Shown here: one piece after another, positions 44,520 to 56,739 of the stretch
Layout: each line of letters starts with the position of its first letter
Position numbering within the stretch: the first letter of the stretch is position 1
Assembly: GCF_009914755.1 (NCBI RefSeq)
Contig: NC_060940.1
Reading direction: 5' to 3' (one strand)
Length of the DNA: 64,000 nt
Origin: the human T2T-CHM13v2.0 reference genome, Homo sapiens
Made by a program: the position numbers and the translations under genes
The notes under the pieces: generated by a model
What the model saw: only the letters and a program-made list of their open reading frames with translations
Told to the model about the DNA's origin: nothing
Database searches by the model: none

Positions 44520-46575
44520 TCCAGCCCGTAGGTGAAGGTATCAAGAAGTACAAAACAGGCAATTTCCTTTTAAAGAGGAGGTAATATGACAGTTGAAGAT
44601 CACGCCAGTTCTATTCACATTCTGTTTCCAAGGACTCATTCTCAAGGCCATGTCTGGCTGAGAAAATGTTTGGCCTAATAAAATGGAAGTGAAATTTGTT
44701 ACTAAACGGAAGAAGGGAGAGCAGATACTAAGAGGCAGGAGAGAACTAGCAGCACCAGCCACAGGCAGCTTTCACTGTGTGTTGATGCAGCAGCTCATTT
44801 ATGTCAACTTCCTTCCTTTGCTATTCTCTGCCATCAGTGATGTGTGATTTTTTTCCCTTATGGAAGTCCTCCTCCCTGTCTTAGGAAAGCTACCAATGAT
44901 CCAAGCGCTCAGTCTGGAAGTCGGATATTCATGGGAAAAAAGGACTATTCTCTTTTGTGGGATTTTGTTTCAGAAATGATTTAACCGTATCAGAAGGCTC
45001 TCAGCAGTCTTCCTCCCAGGGTTATATGCCTATTGATGGATACATAAAGAAAAGTTGAGCATTATAATTGCTTAGAACAGTCAGTATAAACTGCTAAGCT
45101 GGGCCTGGGCCATCGCCTCTGAGTTACAGAGATAAGGAGTCAATACTTAAACAAACCTAGAATTCTGTTTTCCAGAAAGAAGAGAAAGGATGAATAGAAG
45201 GCAATCACTGCTTACTGAAGAAGTACAACTTCCTAGTTTAAAGTTGTTCCAGGAATCTTATAATCACCTTTTCCCCCACAAATAAAGAAATGAAAGTCCA
45301 GATAGTTTAAAGGACTAGCGCAAGGTCATATAGCAAGCTAATGGTTGAACTGTATAATGCCATTTTTTCAAAAGCCCCAAACAAATGTACATATAAATAA
45401 ACAATGCAATCTATATTTCAACATATGCTTATGTTGATAAAGCAACAGCTATGTAAGTTTGTACACATGAATGAACAGAATTCATTATAACACTTTCTCA
45501 AAGGGGCCTTAAAAATAACAACTGAGTTCAAGTTGTAATTTTCCACTTCTGGTTTTGGAGAAAAACCAATGCTGTTCTCTGTGACTTCTATCAGATCTAG
45601 ACATTGAAATCATATGGTTATTTAAATCAAGCAGTGGTGAGTCTGCAACTATTGTGTACCAGCTGTGTAGAGGGGAATGCAAGTGGGGAGAGAATGTGAG
45701 GGACAAGAATTCCACATAAAGAAAATAAAGGCATAAAGTTACAATGGATGCTGAAGTAAAATGAGAAATGAGACATAATGGACTGTAGTATTGAAAATAT
45801 TTATGAGGTAGATGGGTTTACATTTCTGGTCAGCACAGTTTGTAAGGATAGATTGAGCATCAGAATGGATGTTACAGTGGAGGACTCTGAGTGACCAAGA
45901 CAAAGGGGGAGAAACAAATGTTAAGACAAGTAGGAAAGAAGAAAGGACACTGGCTTCATGATGTGGGCTGGAGAGTTGGAAAAGGATATACTTGGATCTT
46001 ACTGGACTCATAGAAGCCTCTCTCAGATTACCCTCTGAATAAAGTTCAAGATTCTCTTTGAAGAGTGAGGGAAACATTTAGGAGCTTTTTAGCAGAGATA
46101 AAAATGATATCATCAGGAAAAGATAAAGTGGACATGTGTGTAGATGAATAAGAAGTAAAAAGAAGGAAGTCAATTAAAGCAGTTAAGAAACATTGCAGTC
46201 AACAAGGGTCAAATCTTTGTATTGTTTTTAGTAGAGAGTTGAACTACTCTGACAGGTATAGTTGAAAACAGAACACAAAAGTGAACATGTTTAAAAAGTG
46301 GTAGCAGCAGGTCACAGTACATCTCCAGAAGTCCTCATTTGAAGTGATGTGTAAACATGCCTTAGCTCTCCAGAAGACAGAGCTCTTGCCACTTCATCAG
46401 GTGGCAACTCCCCCATCACTGAAATGTTCAGAGGTTGGAAGGACACTTGGGAAAGGCAGCTTTATCTTAACATCTGGATTCAATGTGGTCGAGCAGAAAT
46501 AAATAATACAATCTCCTTTCATCTCTATCATGAAAATATTTTGTGACTGTAATGTGGAAATGTCCCCTCACATAG

Positions 46576-46888
<313 letters not shown>

Positions 46889-46919
46889 GATAGAAGATTT
46901 TAACTAATAAAACACAGTA

Positions 46920-47048
46920 GGCTGGGCACTGTGGCTCACACCTGAAATCTCAGCACTTTGGGAGGCCAAAACAAATGGATTGCTTGAGCTTAGGAGTTTG
47001 AGACCAGCCAGGGCAGCATAGTGAGACCCCTTCTCTATGTTAAAAAAA
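46920..47048 (+). mobile_element. Free left Alu monomer (FLAM-like)
   Basis: Left arm only, with short A-tail; TSD-like aaaacacagta/aaaaatcagta. Confidence 0.85.
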
Positions 47049-47113
47049 TCAGTAAAAATATTTATAAGAATCTATAATAAAATACCCATGCATGTTTACT
47101 AAACATACATAAC

Positions 47114-47130
47114 AGAGAGGAGAGAGATAG

Positions 47131-47161
<31 letters not shown>

Positions 47162-47165
47162 CAGA
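47114..47165. repeat. (GA)n(GT)n(GA)n compound microsatellite
   Basis: Direct inspection. Confidence 0.85.
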
Positions 47166-47202
47166 TATTATATGAGCTAGATGTAATGTATATACTTCAC
47201 AT

Positions 47203-47395
47203 CAGTGGTTGTCAACTAAGGGTAGTTTTGTTCCCCAGGAGTCACTGGGGAATGTCTGGAGACATTTTTGCTATTCACAACTGGGGAGGTGTTACTAGCA
47301 CATAGAAGATAGAGATAATTAAGACCCCCATCCATCCCGCCAAAAAAGCATTATCTAGTTCTAGATGTCAATAGCGCTGAGGTTAAAAAATCCTG
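47203..47395 (+). mobile_element. MER20 (hAT-Charlie)
   Basis: cagtggttgtcaac...aatgtctggagacattttt...tcacaactgggg...atgtcaatagcgctgaggtt. Confidence 0.85.
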
Positions 47396-48519
47396 CTTTA
47401 AATGAAAAGGTGCACTGGCCACTCAATCAACATTCTTGTTTTGCTTCAAATTGTGTATGCTGTTAGTTATATATTGTGCTGATTTACAGATCCATGTGCT
47501 AGGAGTGCAGGAGTTAGGTTATTTCCCCAGTGCGTGCTGTAAGTAAAGCATTGAAAATAAAAAGTGTCTAAGATATTAGAATAAGATGGCATTCTTCTCA
47601 CTGTGAATGAGTTTTTATTCTATTCTGTTATTAAAATAGGCTCTTCTTCCCAGAGGCATAACATTACTTCAATGTGACATCTCATTTAAAATTGTCCTTG
47701 AGAACAGCTAATAGTTATATTGTACCTGGTGTCATAATTTGGCTCAAAAGCTAAAAACTGGCCAAATTTGTTAGACATTTTATATAAAATTGACTAATGT
47801 CTGAAAAAATCATAAATTAGAGTGACACCTCTCAAAAGGTATTTAAATCCCACCACAATAAAAGTATGCCTTAAGTTCAATAGCAAATTTGATATTAATA
47901 CAACCTTGTCAACTATTCAGTAAGGAGGACTTTTTGTCAGAGAAGGTTGTTAAAATGCCTGGAAATGATTGTACAGCAAAGTAGAGGCTTTCCTAGTGCT
48001 ACAATCATTAGAAAAGACTTTAGAAATTGCTCAGTTTTTAGTGATGAAACAGTTCAGAAAAAGGAAGTCTAGGGCCTTGCATTTGATATTGGCAGTTTAT
48101 TTGCAGACTAGAATCCAGCCATTCCAATGACCAGCCCAGTGCTCCTTCTAGGCCCTCTGCTCAGTTTAAGAGCATTCACCTTTCTAAGGGATTATCGAAT
48201 GCAAGTTCTCCCCAGGGTATCATTTGTAGTAACTGGAACTAAGAGATGCTCAAGAAGAAAAAGAAAAAAAACAAAAAGGAACTTTTTGCAAAGACCTGAT
48301 AAATCTTAGGAACACTGCATACTATAGCTCCTCCAGAGTATATCTCGTCCACATTTGCATATGAAAGTCATGTAAATTCATTGAAATTAAAAGTTTAGTT
48401 AACTAAAAAGACACTCAACTTTGTTTTTATTAACTTGAATATGAGATTCTAAGTTTATGGAGCGCCGGTTCCTGTTCCATAGTCCACAGCTCCTTGTGCA
48501 ATATGAAGACTAGCCAAGC

Positions 48520-48815
48520 TCTGACAGTCTCCATGTCTTAAACCTGGCCCCTCTGTCTGAAGTGACTTTCCCTCTTTTTCTTCCTGTTGACAAGTGTCAT
48601 GCCCTCTAAGAAGCTTTCCCCATCCCCTCCTGGCTTAGGTGTTCCTTCTCTACTTTTAAATGTCCTCTGAAGCTATCTATTATAAAACATATCACACTAT
48701 AGTTTGTAGTTGTGTTTTCTCTCTCCCCCACTACAGAACATGGTCCTTGAATTGTCTTTGTTCCCAGCTTGCATCAATTTCAGGAATAGAGTAGGTGCTT
48801 ACTAAATGCAATCCC
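48520..48815 (+). mobile_element. L2 fragment
   Basis: cctctaagaagctttccc...cttaggtgttccttctc...atagagtaggtgcttactaaatg. Confidence 0.55.
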
Positions 48816-48917
48816 AGTAAATAAAATTTGTAGTTTTTCTTCAGGTATCTTTAGAAAAGAAAACCTAAGCCTTATTTGTGAATGTAATTTTTCCTTTTAG
48901 ACAATATTTCATTTTCT

Positions 48918-49218
48918 GGCTGGGCATGATGGCTCATGACTGTAATACCAGCACTTTGGGAGGCCGAGGTGGGCAAATCACTTGAGGCCAGGAGTGGGAG
49001 ACCAGGAGCCTGGACAACATGGTGAAACCCTTCCTCTACTAAAAATACAAAAATTAGCCTGGTGTGGTGGCGTACACCTGTAGTCCCAGCTACTTAGGAG
49101 GCTGAGGCATGAGAATCACCTGAACCCGGGAGGTGGAGGTTGTAGTGAGGCAAGATTGTGCCACTGCACTCCAGCCTGGGCAACAGAGTGAGACTCTGTC
49201 TCAAAAAAGAAGAAAAAA
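48918..49218 (+). mobile_element. AluS
   Basis: Full dimer with A-rich tail. Confidence 0.94.
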
Positions 49219-50502
49219 TAATTTATATTACTTTGATCTTTCTATTATTCTGTCAACAAAATATATGTTCAATTGATTGCACTAGAGTTGAAAATTTCTG
49301 ATGTCTTTCATATTATATACATTTATATATATTCATGTATATATGTGTGTGAGTGTATATTAATTATATATTTTGTGACTAATCTATTTAACTGTTAAGT
49401 ATAACACAGAAATTAGAGGACTGGTTTGGTTCACTTTAATTTTACTAACCTCTTTCTTATACTCTTCAGGAAGTCATGATGTGTTTACATTTTTGTCAAA
49501 TCTGTGGTTCCTTGAAAAGACAGGTGTTCTTAATCCATCTGCCTCTGTATGTGAGCCTATAGCCCCTATCACTCTAATCCCACAGTGCTTTGACAAGCTT
49601 GCAATCTAAGGATCTGGGAGTGATAGAGCGGATATACTAAGCTATATAAACAGCAAAGAAGAAAAGCAGCTTGCATGTGCTTTAAATGTGATAAATTTCA
49701 GTAGCAAGGTATAACAATTATTATTTTAGTGTTTTTTCAGTTGGATTGAATTAAAACAACTTTCTCTCTGAGGGATTTGTTCTGGTCTCCCTTGTTCCAA
49801 TACACCAGTGGGTTTTCTTGGGTATTGTGATACTTTATGATATAATTATGACAGGAAAGATGAATCTCACTTCGGACCTGCCCACTGTACCAAAAACCCA
49901 CCCCAACACCATAGCGTAGATAGCCAGAATGAGTAAATTGCCCCGTCTTCAACTCTTTTTATAGCAATTACCTCTCACTCTTACTTAGCTTCCACTTTTT
50001 CTGTTGTTTTGATTTTACGTTTCTGAACATGTGGATTTATCACACATTTTAAACTGGCTTGCCCTTGAAATTAATAGCTGAGTCCGACTTCCTGATTTTG
50101 ACCCTTGGCTCTCACTCACGGACTCAGTTTGTTCCCAATCAGAATGCTTTGTGGAAAATATTTGTTCTATCGAGTCTTAGGCTATGGTTTCACTCCAGTT
50201 CCATGCAGTACAAGGAAATTTCGAAGACTCATCCAGTCAATCTATCACATTTTCCCTGCATATAGTGCTCCAGGACAACAACACATGGGTGAAAATCTAT
50301 TATATTTTTGAAGACCACTCTTCACCCTTTTAAGCAAAACAGTTTTAGAACTTCCCATGGAAGCTTAGTTCAGTATTTGACTGTTTTCCCTGCTACTGCA
50401 GACCTTTTCTCTCTAGTTTCAGTTGTTTTTGCAACTAGTGGCTCCTTTTTGCCCTTTAAGGGACTATGGGAGAAATGAAGTAAAAGAGGCAGTATCCTAA
50501 GG

Positions 50503-50681
50503 CAGTAGATCTTCGAGTGTGGCCCCTGGATCAGTGGCAGCAACAGTGCTTGGGAAACGCAATTTTGATTTCCATTCAGAACCTGCTAAATCTGAACTCT
50601 GGGGTTGGGGCCCAGCACTCTGAATTTTGAGAAAGCTCTCCAGGTGACTCCGTGATGCTTGAAGACATTTTAGAAACCCTG
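50503..50681 (+). mobile_element. MER5A (hAT-Charlie)
   Basis: gagtgtggcccctggatcag...cctgctaaatctgaactctggggttggggcccagca...ctctccaggtga. Confidence 0.8.
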
Positions 50682-50719
50682 ATGTCATAGTTGAGTATAG
50701 ACTCTTCACATAAACTGGC

Positions 50720-51058
50720 TGCTGTGGGCTGAATATTTGCATCCTCCTAAACTCACAAGTTGAAGTCTAATCGCCAATGCGATGGTATTTGATGGAAGAC
50801 TCTTGGAAGGTAATTAGACCATGAGCGTGGAGCCTTCAAGAATGGAATTAGCACCCTTATAAAACAAACCTCGGAAAGCTTATTCACTGTTTTCTGCTAT
50901 GTGAGAACACAAGGAAAAGGTTGCCACCTGCCACCCAGAAGAGAGTCCTCACCAAAACCTGAGCAAGCTGGCTGTCTTACCTTGGAATTCCAGTCTCCAA
51001 ATCTGTGAAGAATACATTTTTGTTGTTTATAAGCCACCTAGTTTATGGTACTTTGTCC
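50720..51058 (+). mobile_element. MLT1A/MST-like MaLR LTR
   Basis: gctgtgggctgaatattt...gttgaagtctaatc...gttgtttataagccacctagtttatggta. Confidence 0.8.
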
Positions 51059-52999
51059 TGGGGATAATAATGTAATTGGCATAATTAGGTTAAGATGAAT
51101 AAATAATTAACATAGGTAAAGCCCTCAGAATGGTGCCTGCCACAGAGTAGGATGTTTGATTTTTATAATTATAGCAAAACAAAAAGAAGGCATTGACAAT
51201 GCATTCCAAACATTGGCAAGGTGAATAAAATACCAGCATACATGAAATAGGTTCATGTGTTTACATTATTATAATAATATTTTTTTTTGGTAATTTTATT
51301 CTGTTCTGCCTTTGATATGATTAGTTTTTAGTCGCTAGGTTGAACTGCTTCTTAATTTTAAGGGTAAGTTAGGAGGAAGAACAAGTGTATCTTTCCCCCC
51401 TTATTAAATAAGTCATAGTCAGGCTTGGAAATGAAAAAGTAAAAGTGCAGTAATTAATTGTTGTGTTCTATGAAATAAAAAAATCTTCTGTTTGGAAGAG
51501 CCTCAGAGATCAGTTGTTGCAGCCACCTAACAAACACAGAAATTTACTCAAAAGTACCACGGACAAGGCTTTGTCATCCAAAACATCTTCGGTGAGGGAA
51601 GTTTCACCACCTCATGAAGCAGGATGTCACTTTATTGGGCATTTTAAATTGTCAGAATAAAGGGAAACTTTCCTTCTCTTAGTTTCTGTCCTTTCACTTG
51701 CAATCTGCAAGACAAAGTACAAGCTAATTAACCTCTAAGAGCCTCTGATTCTCTTCTTTCTCTGGAACAGCGATAAGCCTGTCAACCTTGCAAAAGTACT
51801 GTGACCATTCAATGTGAAGCACTCATAAGTGCACCAACAAATGATGTCTCTCTAAGGAGAAACTTCTGTAGAATAGGATTGTGCTAAGGCAATTGGAGGT
51901 AAAAGTCTTTAATACTGCTCTTTCTTTAGGGCTGATAATTGTGTGAGGTGAAATTTTAATATAGAGGACAAGATATAGAAAAAGAATTGGGTCTTAGCAA
52001 AAGGGGGTCTAGGTTAAAGAAAAGGTCTGTAGAAACCAATGCATATTTTACAGCTAACATTTTAATGCTGTTTTGTAGTATAGTGTCTTCTGACAATTCT
52101 TACCTTGACAGTTCTCAGTGCTGTCTATGAGATAGCCTTATTTTTGGCAATATTAGAAAGTACTTTCCAAGCTTGCCTGCTTATTTAATCTTTCCTACTC
52201 CTTGATATAGTTCTTCCCACTTGTGTTTGCAAGTGTTTGGATGTCACTTTTTGTTAATTAACTCCTTTATTTTTTTGGTCTCTCTTTTGTGTGCTCTGCA
52301 GATTTCTTTTTTTCTTTTTTCCTTTTGGTTTCCTAGTGACAGCTTCCTTTCAATTCCTCTTCTCTGTTTGCCTCTCCTGAGAAGGAGCCAGTGTCAAAAT
52401 GTTAGCTCAGTCGGGTTTCCCATTACCAGCTCTGCAAGTCCCCAGGCCCCTCCTGTATTTAGCAGGCTAGAAGTCACTGTGGCCCAAACATCATTTTCAA
52501 ATTGTCATGTAGATAAATTCACAAGGCTCAGGGAAAATAGAAAAAAAAAAACACCTGTGAAATAATGATTACTATTGCTTTACCTTATGCCCACTTCATG
52601 TTAGATTTATCTAAATTCTTTCATTGGAAGCTGATAGAGCTATGCTGTAACTGTGAAATTAATTATCAGCTAGGAGGGCTAAGGACTTAAGGTGTGAAAA
52701 TTGCTGGTTGACAAAGGGCCATTGTTCCATTACATCTTAAAACTGAAGTAGACAATGTAAACTAGTCTGAAAACCTGTCTAAAGTTTATTAGTCTGTTAA
52801 CAAATACTCCTAGAAGATGTCTCATGGAGAAAAATTACTCAAGGAACAACGAGAACAAAATAAAAAGGAAATAGGCAACTTCTAGATATAGTGTTTTCTC
52901 TGACTTTGAATATTTTAAAACAGATACTTGGGCATTAATTGCAAAATATTCAATTATCACAAAGCAAGATAGGTTAGGTGAGATGGGAATAAGTGATTG

Positions 53000-53502
53000 C
53001 TCTCTGCCATGTGACTTCTTTGGAGAATTGGCCTTTCCTCAATTATTTGATCCTGGCCATATGACCAATTCAATAGTCTGCTTTACCCCAACAGATATAG
53101 GATGCTATTTAGGGAGTCCAACAGACTAACCCAATCTTCTAGCACAGTGATTTGTATAAGCAAGACATGTGACCAAAAAAGCACCAACGAGAGACTGCTT
53201 GATATTTGAATAAACAGATATTCCATACTAGGTTGAAAGTTGTTACCAATATACTTCGTCAGTAGGCGTCTTTCCACTTTTCTGAAGAATGCTTCTCTTC
53301 GGAGAGAAGCCAACTGAGAGAAGGAAATGAAGATGATAGTTGAAGAGAGAAATACAGTGTTCTTGATAAAATTCTCAGAGCCCCTGGCTCCTGCCATGCT
53401 AAGCCAGCTCTGGAAAGTTTTATGAGTTCATAAATTCATTTTACTTGAGGTATCTGAGCTGAGTTTCTGATACTTCCTACCAAAATACTTCGGACTAATA
53501 TA
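53000..53502 (+). mobile_element. Old MLT1 LTR relic
   Basis: Ends tgagctgagtttctgatactt...ggactaatata; internal gagccctgg..cctgccatgct. Confidence 0.5.
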
Positions 53503-53919
53503 GAAACTCTATTAAGAATGCTCTCAATTCCAAGGTAAGGTATTCTTTATTGAGTGCCTAAATAAGATAGGCCTATTATGAGACTGGAAGGAAAAATATA
53601 TCTAAGAGACATACCTTGGCTTTCATGGACTGTTCATCTCTTTGGGAAAACAAGAAACAGTACATGAACAGAGACCCCTAGTATACTCGAGGGTAAAAAA
53701 AATTAAGTAAAGAAAAGAAGAAAATATACTCCTAAGGAGTTTCAGAAAGCTGTTTTTAGCAGGCAGAAACTAAAAAATTAAACTACCACAGTGTTGCTTG
53801 ACAAATAGTTTCTAAAAGCTTCAAAAATTAGTACAAGGACTTCTTCAAGGGAAATCAACATTTACTTAAATTAACTGAGAAATTGGAACAATCGGTAATT
53901 GAAATATTAGTCACAATGA

Positions 53920-54500
53920 CATACAGTGGACACAGTTACTTACCTCGCGGGGCTTAAATTCTAATAGAGTAAAGGGCCTGTAAACATGTAAACACATAAG
54001 TGAGGAAAGTACTTTGTACTGTTCGTAAAAGTACTTATTGCACTCTGTAAATAGAATAATGTGATAAAACTACATACTAAATGGGAGAGAGCCCGTAGGG
54101 GTTTGTGATGTTTAAACTGACACAAATGAGAAGAATGAGAAGAAACCTGCAATTTCAACAGCCAGCAGAAGAGGTAATAGCAAGTGCAAATATTCTGACA
54201 TTGCAAAGACTCTTGAAGTTCCAAAAAACCTAAAGAAAGCCAATGTGCTTGCAGCGTTCTCAGCAAGGCAGATTGGCTTGGAGAGTTTGGAGACCTAATG
54301 CACCAGAAGCAAGGTCTTGCAGGGCTTTTAAGACAATGGCAGCATTTAGTTTCAATCAAATGACAACAGAAATAAAGGTTTTAAGAGAGAGAGTGGCATG
54401 ATCCACATTTTCAAAATATCATTGTGGTTATTGTATAGAGGATGCTTCTTGGCCGAAGAAGTAAAAGAAGGAAGATGCTAGTGCCTTGGATGAGGGTGAA
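53920..54500 (-). mobile_element. L2 fragment
   Basis: cagcagaagaggtaatagcaagtgcaaa...gccaatgtgcttgcag...ggttttaagagagagagtggcatgatc. Confidence 0.6.
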
Positions 54501-54662
54501 AATGAACGGTACTGAATGCATGTTTTTTTGAGGGACATTCATACATTGTTTGTTCAGTTCGGTAATCTCCATGGTTCCTTTCAAATCTACTCTAGAATCT
54601 TAGAAAGTTTTTCTGTATTTATGTGTAAATATACAAGACTGATGGATACAACAGTAAAACTA

Positions 54663-55760
54663 TTAGGTTGGTGCCAAAGTAATTGCGGTTTCAGACCATG
54701 AATTTTAAATCATTATAACTAGGCTCAAACACATCTTCATTAATCAAAATAGGAACCATTACAATCAACACTTTTTTCCTTCCAATGAGAAATAAGTTTT
54801 TTTATTCTTGTAGCATAAAAATCCATGCTTCGGGATTTGATGAACTCTTGGAAAGGATTTTCTGGATCCTGCTGGGTGTGGAAGTGTTTTCCCTGCACAA
54901 AGTCGTCGAGATGCTTGAAAAAGTGGTAGCTGGTTGGCAAGACGTCAGGTGAATATGGCAGTTGAGGCAAAACTTTGTAGCCCAATTCGTTCAACTTTTG
55001 AAGCGTTGGTTGTGCAACGTGCGGTTGGGCATTGTCCAGGAGAATTGGACCCTTTCTGTTGACCAATGCCGGCTGCAGGCGTTACAGTTTTCTGTGCATC
55101 TCACTGATTTGCTGAGCATACTCCTCAGATATAATGGCTTCACTAAGCTGTAATGGATCACACCAGCAGCAGACCACCAAACAGTGACCATGACCTTTTT
55201 TTTTGGTACAAATTTGGCTTTGGGAAGTACTTTGAAGCTTCTTCTTAGTCTAGCCACTGAGCTGATCATAGCTGGTTGTTGTATAAAATCCACTTTTCAT
55301 CACACATTACAATCTGATCAATAAATGGTTCATTGTTGCGTAGAATAAGAGAAGATGACACTTCAAAACGATGACTTTTTTTTTTTTTTTTGGTCAGCTC
55401 ATGGGGCACCCATTTATGGAACGTTTTTACCTTTCCAATTTGTTTCAAATGCGGAACTATCATAGGATGGTTGACATTGAGTTCTTCAGCAACTTCTTGT
55501 GTAGTTGTAAGAGGATCAGTTTTGATTGCTCTCAACTATTCGTTGTCAACTTCCAATGGCCAGCCATTATGCTCCTGGTATTCAAGGTTCTCGTCTCCTT
55601 TGCAAAACTTCTTGAACCACCATTGCATTGTATGTTCATTAGCAGTTCCTGGGCTACATGCTTTATTGATGTTGTGAGTTGTCTCTACTGCTTTATGACC
55701 TATTTTGAACTCAAATAAGAAGATTGCTCGAATTTGCATTTTGTCTGACATCGTCCTATA
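54663..55760 (-). mobile_element. Hsmar1 mariner transposon, one-ended (3' TIR present, 5' UTR and 5' TIR absent)
   Basis: TA followed by TIR ttaggttggtgccaaagtaattgcggttt at 54663; Hsmar1 3' UTR; similarity stops just upstream of the transposase start. Confidence 0.95.
54740..55751 (-). pseudogene. Disabled Hsmar1 transposase
   Basis: Fragments QIRAIFLFEFK..QWWFKKFCKGDE, WVPHEL, CDEKW, KVMVTVWWSAAG, GPILLDNA, YSPD, DCNGSYFD across four ORF pieces broken by stops and frameshifts. Confidence 0.95.
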
Positions 55761-56438
55761 TCACCATATGTAGTTCAGAGACTCCTGACACTAGTGAAGC
55801 TGATATAGGTGAGATCCCAGCATTCTGATTCCCTCGCTGAAGCTGATCACAATTCTGGCTTCACAGACAAGTTAGCGACTTTTCTGATTTTCTTCTGAGA
55901 ATCCCTTTAAGTCTCAGGCTTCCTGAAAATCATTGGCCAGACCCTGCTTCATTTTGCTCTGTTGTTGTTTCCAAGAAGGTTTTCTGAAGTTAGTTTTCTG
56001 TTCAGATGCAGACAGTAGTGGAGCAACCTTTCTAAGGAGAAGATACTTAATGAGAAAATAATATATGTACAGGTGTAGATAAGGGGTCATTGTAACCACA
56101 GACATGAAATTCAATATATATTACTTTGATGTGCACATTTAATCCTAGAAGAATGCTTTTAGATGAAGCATTCTTCTACTGCTTCTGAATGGTGTACAGC
56201 AAAACCTTATTTTTCAGATCCCTTCTAGCTCAGCCTAACGTATGAGCTGACAGGATTCCTTACACCTTGGCCGGGTGCTTCAAGAAGTGCTCATCATCAC
56301 AAGTCACTTGCAGGACTCTAGAATCATATTAAGAAAAAAAAAACTATTAAAAGGCTTAAATAAAAATGAGCTCAAATCCCTCAAGAAGTGTTCTTTTACC
56401 TTGTCCCTGTTTATTTCCTTGTTTAAAGACTGCTTAAC

Positions 56439-56739
<301 letters not shown>

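Noticed and set aside
43540-44535. 331-aa ORF, the longest in the window, as a real gene
   Set aside because: It starts inside an Alu, reads through the poly-A tail and continues into an RY repeat that cannot contain stop codons; no domain is recognisable
54740-55751. SETMAR gene or an active transposase
   Set aside because: Multiple stops and frameshifts, broken catalytic triad, no SET-domain exons in the window, missing 5' TIR
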